Source: Podarcis muralis (Eukaryota). From it: a stretch of DNA of 64,000 nucleotides. Of this stretch, positions 54,568 through 64,000 are shown piece after piece. Location of the stretch: positions 72,416,001 through 72,480,000 of the forward strand of contig NC_135656.1 of the NCBI RefSeq assembly GCF_964188315.1, in the 5' to 3' direction. Made by a program: the position numbers and the translations under genes. The notes below the pieces were generated by a model that saw only the letters and a list, made by a program, of their open reading frames with translations, made no database searches and was not told the DNA's origin. Every line of letters starts with the position of its first letter. Within the stretch, counting starts at the first letter, position 1.

Positions 54568-55867
54568 CTGAAAGGAAGGGCATTTAGAATTAGTTTTTTT
54601 GGGGGGTTTTTTTACCTTGCCTGGCAACCAGGTTGCATCAACACATTGCTTCCTACTGTGCTAACCCACTATGTGACAGCTTGTTACACTGCACAAGCAG
54701 ATAAACAGAGGAAGAAAGGGAAGAAATGCACACCACTTAACTGTGATAAATAGGATTGCAGCCTCAAACACTCTTTCCATGCCTGTGGCTTTTCGGTCCT
54801 ATAGACCCAGTCTTTTTCTTTCTCTTTGATTGCAACCCATAAACATTTAGCTGGGAACAAGTCTCACTGAATCCACTTTCTTCTGAGTAGATGCATACTG
54901 AACTTCACTTGATTTCCTGACTATATCCCATTAAAAATCAAATGCACTAAAAGAGAAATTTGGAATAAGTTTTAAAACTCACTCTTATGCTTTTCAAATA
55001 TAGTGCTCTATTTTCTACTGCATCTCAAACATTACTGTGCCTGAATAATAATTACCAACACATATGCAGGGGAAAGTGTTGAAGTGATTTTGTGTGTACA
55101 CGTGTCTTACGCAACGTCCCTAAGAGCTGAAGAGTCAAAGAATAGCATATACGCTTACAGGCAGCCTACTGTTGGATCTGTTCTTGCTACACTGATTGTC
55201 TGGCCCCTCTCCTCCTCCCCTGCCAGTTCCATGTCCCACTACTCTTTTCCAGCTACCCACAAGACTGCACCCATCAGGAAATACAAACTGGAAGCTCGTT
55301 CATTAGCCCCAAGTGAACGTCTGAAAACCTGTGGAACTGGCAACAGGGGTGGACTCTGGTAATATGGCGCCCTGAGTGAGGACAAAATTGGGTGCCCTCC
55401 CCTCTTTCACTCTGAGTATTATTATTATTAGTAGTAGTAGTATACTGCCCTATACCCATAGATCTCAGGACATAAATTTACAATATAAAAAACAGGGTAA
55501 TAATGGGTAATAAAAACAAAGACAACCCAATAAACACACACACACACACACACACCGCTTCCACAACACATTTTAAAAGGGCATTGGCCAAAGGCCTGGT
55601 TAAAGAAGAATGATTTTGCCGGGCATTCTTGTGCAGGGCAATGGCCTGCATTGCCCTAAATCCAGCTCTGCTGGTGAGGTAGACAGGCAGCAAAGTCAAA
55701 GTGTTTGAGTCCCATTTGCAAAAGGCCTTTCTGCTTTGGTTGTACAGCCTGCCACTTTTTTGGTTAAAAAAACCCACCCCAACGTATGGCAGACATTGCA
55801 TGCAGTGTCAACGACACCTTGATGAAAACAAGGGATAAGGTTACATATCCATCCTATCCCATCGGTA

Positions 55868-56093
55868 CAGTGGTAGCTCAGGTTAAGTACTTAATTCATT
55901 CCGGAGGTCCGTTCTTAACCAGAAACTGTTCTTAACCTGAAGCACCACTTTAGCTAATGGGGCTTCCTGCTGCCGCTGCGCCGCCAGAGCACAATTTCTG
56001 TTCTCATCCTCAAGCAAAGTTCTTAACCCGAGGTACTATTTCTGGGTTAGCGGAGTCTGTAACCTGAAGCGTCTGTAACCCGAGGTACCACTG
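55868..56093. mobile_element. Tigger-like MITE in CISH intron 1
   Basis: TA|cagtggtagctc...cgaggtaccactg|TA; reverse-complement relative of 27966-28207. Confidence 0.85.
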
Positions 56094-59000
56094 TATTCTG
56101 TTGGTTGTTATTTTTCCCCTCCACATAGCCTGGTGGTCTTGCTGCTTGGCTCCCTTCAATTAACCCAGTTGAATATGGAAGTCTAAAGATGAGTCAACAA
56201 AAAAAGCACAGAGAAAAGTGCATGTATCACCCACAAGGGATGTGAATACCGAGATCATCATCTTTTTCTTCTTCTAAGCAATTGTTTTCTGAGCTGCAAG
56301 CTTTTGCACCTCCCCAAAAGGGGAAATGCACAAAAACACAAAAACCTTATCTGGAACACACCCACTGCAAGGCGGCAGGCAGTACAGTAACAAATATGAT
56401 TTGTGTGCTAAATTTAGACATTGCTAGAAATTCACAGTGCTAAAGCTTTGCAGTGGGCCACACCTTTCCTCCATAACCATGAGACAAAGTCCTTCTCAGG
56501 CAAACCATGGCCAAGAACCATTTGCCAGCTCAGTTTCTCAATTCTGTTCCACTCCATAGCTTTTCTAATGCCGCCTTTCAAAAGCACCTACGCATGTTGG
56601 CCCGGGATCTTAGTTTCTTTTACCTTGTGTAACCACTTTACTCTCCAAAGTGGGTGTGATAGCAACCGGCAAATCTGAACGTAGCAGTAATTTGCATGGT
56701 AGTAAATGACTAACAAAGTGAAAAGGCAGGAAGTAGCTGTAATTACCAGCAAGGCTTCGTTACAGGAGTTCTCAGTTCCAAATTCAGTTGGTTCAGGTCC
56801 ATCACTGGACCTGAATGTTACTATAATGAGCAGTCCATAAAGATTACCTGTAATAGGGAATACTGTATACTTTGGACTGATCTTTTCTCTGTTGTGATGC
56901 ACTCATTTTTGCTTCCACCCATACGGGGAAGAGAGAAATGTCATTGAATGTCACAATTACCTGAATCTGCTTTGTTCTTAATACTTTTCTGTGGGAGGGG
57001 AGATGTGGGGTCCCACAGAATTAGAGATAATGAGGTGGGAGGGTTCATGCTCGCAAACGAAAGTGCCCTTCTGTTTTCGGAAATATCTGGTTCATGAGGG
57101 AAATGTTGAGCAGTCCTGGGAATTCTGATGCAAATATTAAAAAACAAAACAAAATCCAGAGATTCTTAGGAAACCCTGTCCCATAGGAACAGAATGGCCA
57201 AATCAGTTCCTAATAAGCTGACGTATATATGCTTCTGATAGTAAGGGTGGAGGGAAATCCTAATAATATCAGCTTCTGCTTTTGTTGTGTGGTTTCATCT
57301 TTCTTACACAAGATGTAACGTCGTCGTCCTTTCCTTTCACCCTCCTAGAGATGGATGTTTACCACTCATATGAGCAAACGGACAATGAGCTAGCCTTACG
57401 CACCAACCCCAAATAGTAGCTAACAAAACAGCCACTCCAGCTGGCAGGCTCTAAAGGCTCTAAAGGCCTCAAGAGTTTCTTGGCCAAAAGGAGAAGAGGG
57501 CATGAGGCCCTGTAACCCATCTTATTTTCTGAACTGGATACTTGGCATGGGCTTCTTTGAACCATAGGTCTGCTTGCTAGGATTACAAATACTAGGCAGA
57601 GAGGGCAAAGGGCCTGGCATGGTGGAAACGGTCTCCTCTGTAACTGAACCCAAACCTCTATTGTTTGTAGAAATAAATAACCCTATCCCACTCCTTTAAA
57701 TCTTATTCGTAGAGTTTGCAACACATATCCCTTCTTTAAAATAACATTTTAAAAGCATTCTAGTCTGCCCCTTGTTTTGTTTTGTTTTTGCAGCAGGGGG
57801 AGTGATGCTGTGCTCTGTGATGTTAATACCATTTTTTGCTAGGTCTTTCCCTGCATTTGGTGTCCTTAGAGAAACGGTCCTTGCAGTCCATGCATCCTGG
57901 CTGCTTAACTAGGGTATGAAAGGGAGACAAGAGTGAAATTTTGTGCTTCAACCAAGTGAAGGGCTCCAGGGTGTGACAGAAAGGCATTTGCAGCAAAGAA
58001 GGAATGATGAAGACGTGTGAGAGCTGCCACCTCAGCATCATCCCTAGTGGCCCGCAGCCCACACGATGAGCATGGGGGGGGTGGTACAGCGATGTCACCC
58101 GCCCTCACAGCTGACACCTGGTGCGCACCGCACCCGCCTTCCGCTGCCAGTGCAACTGGGAATACGAGAAAGGCTGGTGTGAGTAGTAAGCCGGGGAATA
58201 TCTTTGAGTAGGTGTGCAAGAAGATAAGAAGATAAAAATGTTCATGCCAAATGAGCTAGTAGCTTTCTAAATATGATCTGAGAGGAACATAAACTGAAGC
58301 AGGGCATAAACATAGGGCAGACGGGACAATAATAAAAATGAAATTGTACCCTCCCTGCAAAAAGAGGTTAGGGAGTATCAGAAAAGCTTCTACATCATCA
58401 AAGTGTGATTGCTCAGAGGAAGGACACAGACTGAGAACCAGTGTGCTGTAGTTGATCATTCTGGACTGGTTCACATCTCTACTTATATCTATGAAGCCCA
58501 ATGGATCTATGTACTTTGCAGGTTTGTTCTGAGGATGAACCACATGTCTATCACCTGGGCCCTTTGGGGGAATGTCAGTCTTTCTAGGATTAAAGAGATA
58601 TGAGCCATGTGGTCCATTAGCTGGTTCTAAATTAATGAATGGTGAACCTATCAAAATAGCAATAATGATTTAATCGGAAATTAACTACCGGTATACTTCT
58701 CAAGCTGAGTTACTTATGAAAATGTGAATGGCATTCCACAGTTTTAAAGAAAGGTTGCAAACCTTCTCCAAAGAATTATTAGTTCTGGGGAATAAAAAAT
58801 AAATTAGCAGCACCGAAACGAAAGCTGAAAGTTCTGGAGTTGCTTACTTCCCCAGCAAACCAAAGTTAAATGGCAAGATAGGAAGATTCAGGAAATTCTC
58901 CAGCCCTGTGCTTTATTGAGTGCTTTTCTATTCTCCCTTGGGAATTCTGCTTAAGTGAGCAGGAGACAAGTGGCTTCTAACCTGCACAAAATTCTAGAGA

Positions 59001-59886
59001 GCCCCAGGTTAAAAGCCAGCACAGGAAGCAAATGAACTGTAAACCAACAGAGGAAGAGGAATGAGATATGCTACTGGCACTTTATTTATTTAAAACATAA
59101 AATTAGTCTTTGGCCACATTCACACCATTATAGCAATTTTAAAATGTGTTACATTTAAACAGTCATGGCTTTAAACAGTCATGGCTTCCTCCAAAGAATT
59201 CTGGGAGTTGTTAGGAGACCCCTATTCTCCTCCCATCCCAGAGTTCCCTGTGAAGAGGGATTGATTGTAAAATCACTCAGGGAATTGTTGCTGGTGGAGG
59301 GGGGAGGAGCACCCTTAACAAACTACAACTCCCAGAATTATTTGGGGGAAGCCATGACTGAAGCGGTCTCGTAGTGCTTTAAATGTATGGTGTGAATAAG
59401 GACAAAGACTAAATTAGAGCAAATGTGTTTTAAGACTCATCACACGAACAGAAAGTATTAGCAATGAAAACAAAGAAACTGGAAAATCGCTGTGGTGTCT
59501 AGCCAGCAATACACAGAAGCAATAGAGGAGGTGGAAACCCCCACCTTTGCCAGAGTGGAAAGGGGCAAAAACTTCTAGATTCTCTTTTGGAATAGTTTTA
59601 AATGGCATAACTCTATAACTAGGTAAGTATTTTACATTGCTTGAGTGTGGAATGTCAGACAACATGCAGTCTTAGTGTACAGGTACCACCCCTTGATGTC
59701 TGAAGCAACTGTAAATGTTAGTCTGGCAGCAGAGTATGAGTTCTAGTTGGGACTCTTTGGTGTGATAGTAAGAACAGTGGGATACATCTAGTCCAACTGA
59801 AAAATTGTGCTGTCCTTAAGTTTCACAAATGCAGTATCATGTAGATAGTTGGGTGACCAGCGTGCCATGTATACATCTCACACACA

Positions 59887-59921
<35 letters not shown>

Positions 59922-60535
59922 TCTTGGGTAGATAAGCTATTATCAGTTACAGCAATCTATGTATAATGTTGCAGTGTTGTTTCTTTTTTATTATTATTAT
60001 CTGAAGATGGTTAAAACAGTAGCCCCTTACTACTCACAACAAACTGTTCTGTACCAACTCAAGAGTATTTTCTGTATGCTTGGAATTCTCTTCCAGTTGA
60101 TCCCCACACACCGCTGCCCAGTTTAAGTAGGATTATACAGTAAAGCCTTTTTGCTGCAATTACATGCCCACTTATCTAGCAGTAAGGCCTACTGAACTCA
60201 GTGGGACTTTTTTTCCTGAGTGGACATGTACAAGATTGCACTGTCCATCTTTAATCAAACACGCACAATAGAAACAGCAACTCTCTTCCTTCCACTTCTT
60301 TTAAAAGTGTATTGAATTTTGTTAACTTGATGTGCCGTATGTTTACCTTTTTTTAAAATGGGAACCTGCACAAAGGGTGACCTTCAACTGAAATAAAGTA
60401 ACTTAAACACACACACTGATTTGAATTGAAATCCCTTATTTAAAGAAAAGGAGGTCTGAGGACTTGTTCCACAATACCTTTTCAGTACTTTTTGAAGTGG
60501 GATAAGAAAACTGTAAAGACTTTGAGGGATCTTAC

Positions 60536-60555
60536 CCTTGAACACAGAGGATCAT
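60536..60555 (-). CDS. CISH: CISH coding exon 1 (MILCVQG, phase 2)
   Basis: Minus strand reads gtgac ATG ATC CTC TGT GTT CAA GG|gtaagatc. It matches the known CISH N-terminus (human MVLCVQG), has a canonical GT donor at 60535-60534, and its phase fits exon 2. Confidence 0.93.
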
Positions 60556-61136
60556 GTCACTCCAGGACCAAGGAAAGAGCATCAAGTCTTCGGGGAACTG
60601 GGGGAAAAGCTCTCCCTCTTTTGGTTGTCTTCTTTATGGTCGGTCTTTGTTCCCAAACAGGAGGTACCACAATCGGCCAGTAAGTGACTCGGAAAAAGAA
60701 GGCTGGATGAAGACCCAGAAGCCTTCTCAAGAGCACCTTGGAGATCACTCGCTGAAAAGCAGACAGTTTGAGGTATCCAGAAAGTCTTTGCTCAGCAAGT
60801 TACGAGTAAGAAAAGGTACGTAACCTTAGCAGTTTTCCACTGAACTCTTGCCGAGGTGAATTATTTTTTTAAAAAATTGCACGGGGAAAAGAAAAGAATA
60901 TGAGAGAAGGAAAGAAATCTCCTTTCCGGTGGCGTATAAAATCACCAGCAAAAACTGGAAAGAAAAATCAATAAATACGTCTCAATAAATAAATCTCTCT
61001 CTCGTCTTAAACGCGTGGAAGAAGTGAGCAGAGAGAGTTGCAGCTCGCCTCGACGCTGGCTCTTGAAGTAATCTTGAAGCTCTGGGAGGGGGGAAGCCAC
61101 TACTAAGTAATCTTTTGTTTGCTCCCTTTTAATCTA

Positions 61137-61162
61137 TTCCAGGAAGTGGTGGATTCCTGGAA
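61137..61162 (-). promoter_or_regulatory. Proximal tandem STAT5/GAS pair of the CISH promoter
   Basis: CISH-sense TTCCAGGAA-N8-TTCCTGGAA (61154-61162 and 61137-61145). This completes the known four-site, two-pair CIS promoter architecture. Confidence 0.88.
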
Positions 61163-61379
61163 TTGTATTGTATTCACATCACTGTGCCGACATTAACAAC
61201 AAAAAAGAGAGAAATATATAAATAGATGCGTCCGTAGCAGAGACCTTGCTGTCAGGCTTGCTCTCCGGGAGTTAAAATAATCCCCCCAACAGATCACCAA
61301 AATATCCCCCAGCTGGAAAGGGAGAGGGTTTTTCAAGGGATCCGGCTGAAAAAGTTGGTGGTTGTTTTCAGGCTTATCC

Positions 61380-61790
61380 AGCATTGGCTGCCGCCGCTCT
61401 CTGCGTTCAAGGAAATACCTTTGATAGATTTCCAAGAACTTTCCAGGAAAGCGGGGCCGGACCGCGTCCTTCTGCCAATCAGGGCGAAGGAGGGCAGGGC
61501 CGGGCCTCGGAGCCCTGCCAATCAGGGGCGGATGACGTCGGATGCTGCAATGATCCTAGCCCAGTAGACACGCGGAGAAACCCGCACGCCAACGCGGAGG
61601 CAGAAAGGGAAGGGCTGGAGAGGCGGCGAGCAGCAGCGGGAAGCCTGGCGGGCGTTGCTAGTAGCCATTTGGCAAGAGGGGCCAAGCGCCCGCCGCTTCT
61701 CTCTGGAGGCTCCCCGACAGTGCGAGGAGCAGCAGCACGTTTCCCTACCTTGAGTAGTGGGGCAGCTGCCGGCCGCCTCTTTTATTAGGC
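61380..61790. promoter_or_regulatory. CpG-rich promoter block with CCAAT boxes, GC box and CRE-like site
   Basis: ATTGG 61383-61387, CCAAT 61475-61479 and 61518-61522, GGGGCGG 61525-61531, TGACGTC 61533-61539. CpG density is high against a CpG-poor background. Confidence 0.75.
61430..61449 (-). promoter_or_regulatory. Distal tandem STAT5/GAS pair of the CISH promoter
   Basis: CISH-sense TTCCTGGAA-AG-TTCTTGGAA, which matches, as I recall it, the tandem STAT5 element of the mammalian Cish promoter. Confidence 0.9.
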
Positions 61791-61951
61791 TGATGGTTTC
61801 CTTCCGCCGAACTTTTGAAAAAGCCTATGATTTACACCCCACGTTTGTTCCTGGCGCTGCATTGAGAAATAAATAATAGTTGGACGACAGCAATTTTATA
61901 ACGCTCTGCAGAAAGTGGAGTCATTGCTGCTGAGAGATAAGGCACGTCCTC

Positions 61952-61960
61952 TTCCCGGAA
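61952..61960. promoter_or_regulatory. Additional upstream GAS site TTCCCGGAA
   Basis: High-affinity STAT consensus ~500 bp beyond the distal pair, next to AGATAA. Confidence 0.5.
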
Positions 61961-62171
61961 TTTCGCGCTTCCTTTAATTCAAGAGTAGATGAGAATCACA
62001 CACCCCACTAAAAAAAATACTCTCACCCCACTAATCATGTGATTTCACCCCTTTCAAGTACAATTTCATAAAGCTTGGGAGTGAATCGAACAAATGTCAT
62101 ACCTGAAATAGTTACAAGCCACCGAAAAAAGAACAATAATTGTGGGGTGTATTTGAGATGCCTAAGGGGTG

Positions 62172-62249
62172 GGTAAAGCGAGATGAGCGCCACAACCCCA
62201 GAGTCGTTTGCGACTGGGCTTAACTGTCAGGGGTCCTTTACCTTTACCC
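62172..62249 (+). mobile_element. Sauria SINE 3' fragment
   Basis: aaagcgagatgagcgccacaaccccagagtcg...caggggtcctttacctttac matches the end of the copy at 27083-27430. Confidence 0.85.
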
Positions 62250-63746
62250 TTTTTTAAGGGGGGGGACTCACAATTTTATTATTAATCCATTCCCAACCAT
62301 AACCTGATTTATTTTATTTTACAGCCTGAAATCCTTATTTTCAAGACATCCAGTATGGTGCTCCACGTAGAACTAGGTGGTAATAAGCCCAGAAGATCAC
62401 ACCTTAAGGAGCCCTTGACAGCAAACTACTCAGCAGGGAGCATCCCACCCTGTCACTTCTGAATGAGAGTGAGTCACGTGTCTTAGATCTAGATGGGTAT
62501 ATAGTATAGTCACCCATAAAATCATAAACTGTCTTCCCTAGTTCCAGGCAGTACAAGGTCTATTATTTCCCCACAAGCACTCTGCTGGCAGCCCATGAGA
62601 CTTGCACCATGATGCTGCTTTGAGAGTCAAGGCCAAAGGCCATGATTCTTCACATGCTTTCTTTAGAGTTGAATGAGAATGTCATCCCGGGCCCAGTTCA
62701 AAGAATAAGCAGCCATGTGCTGGCTGCTTGAAATGCCACAATGTGGAGGCTATTCCACCTATGACTCACTGGACTAATTGTGGCACGCTGGCTGAGAGGG
62801 AGCTTAGACTTTCCTTAAACTGAATTCCTAGACTTTCCACTTAAAAGATTTCAGTGGCAAAGCAGGAGAACACCCATTCCTGAGACCATAGACTGGAGTT
62901 ATTACTACCCAGATCAAGCAACACTGGGCTATAATGGTGTATTTTCAAGAGTGCATATATAGCAAGGTTTTCTCATTTTATTAAAGGGCAGGGTCATAGT
63001 CCAGTTTCAAAGCACAAGTTTCAGATGTAGGGGAAGAAATTCAGTATAGCACTAGGCAGATCACTCTATCAGCACAAGCATTTCTGCTAGATTGATGATA
63101 TTATCTGTCTACTCCTCTCACTATGCACTGTTCCTGATTCCCCCCCCCCCCCACGTTAACTGTTTGGAGCCATGAGACAAGATAGGCCTCACTGCACTAG
63201 CAAAAGCTGTTGTGCAGGCTTCTGATGGTGAGGCTTGCTAGTTGAATCCCTCCCATCTTGAAGTCCATGTTTTCATTGGTGTGTGGCTTGCAGTGGAGTA
63301 GTGAAAATAACCAGAGTTGCTCAGCATGCTGCTGCAGACGACATGTGGAACAACCACTGCCAGATTGCATTTCAAGGTTCCCAGGAAGACATTGCTGATT
63401 TTTCCACGTGAATTGATCCTGCACATTCTGAGAAATCTGGAAATCCATTCTGAGAGGAATTTCCTCCTTGAGAGAAGTGTATTTTTAAAACATCTCTTTC
63501 ATATTTAATTTTCATAAGGTCAAGTGTATCGTCACTCTGTAGCAAGCTTGTGCCTTGCAAACAGACAAATTCATTCCCTTGCCGTTGGTTTTCTTTTCTG
63601 TCACTCAATGCTCCATAGCTCCTGGAATCCACTGAACATGTTTGTTTGTCTGTTCCACAATGGACTTCATTCTACAGTGCCTTTTATTTGAAAGAAAAGA
63701 AAATGTTTTGTATTTCTGTATACTATGAGGTTCACCTGAATATGGG

Positions 63747-63783
<37 letters not shown>

Positions 63784-63868
63784 GGCACAATCTTGCTACA
63801 GAGTGATGATACACTTGACCTTATGAAAATTAAATATGAAAGATTATATATATATATATATATATATT

Positions 63869-64000
63869 TGCTTTCGTAGATTTTCACGGGTACAGGAATG
63901 CAGGTTTTGGTGTCCTCGGGTATCTTCCCGTGTAAAAGTTGGGGTGTCTAGGCGACGTTTCGACGAGGTCTCACTCGTCATCTTCAGGCTGGTGCTTTCG
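63869..64000 (-). mobile_element. Penelope-like element terminal repeat (cut by window edge)
   Basis: Minus strand cctgaagatgacgagtgagacctcgtcgaaacgtcg, the CTGAAGA...GAAAC signature of PLE ends, abutting a (TA)n tract. Confidence 0.65.

Noticed and set aside
61384-61788. + strand ORF MAAAALCVQG..., echoing CISH exon 1; 61399-61412 is 13/14 identical to the reverse complement of 60536-60549
   Set aside because: Wrong strand, TTG start, no GT donor after CAAGG, and it overlaps STAT sites in a GC-rich promoter. The true exon 1 is at 60536-60555. Best treated as coincidence.

Overview
Vertebrate genomic DNA, most likely from a lacertid-type lizard (inferred from the Sauria SINE, Squam3-like SINE, BovB, CR1, L2 and MITE repertoire). 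One protein-coding gene is supportable: CISH on the minus strand, CDS = complement(join(53063..53559,54341..54567,60536..60555)), 247 aa, with SH2 domain and SOCS box. Its promoter has the classical two tandem pairs of STAT5 (GAS) sites plus CCAAT, GC and CRE boxes. The remaining ~50 kb 3' of CISH has no recognisable exons and is rich in transposable elements, many with readable target-site duplications (TSDs). The most notable observations are: two distal clusters of STAT5-type motifs (29.8 kb and 8.4 kb) within a generally GAS-rich 3' flank; a minimal hammerhead-ribozyme core in a Penelope-like end at the right edge; a 1.6 kb non-coding L1-like insertion with a perfect 16-bp TSD and a nested Sauria SINE; a 62-bp inverted duplication; an in-frame upstream ATG in CISH; and a let-7 8mer plus AU-rich elements in the putative 3' UTR. 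All of this was read by eye with no database searches, so repeat family names and diffuse boundaries are approximate.
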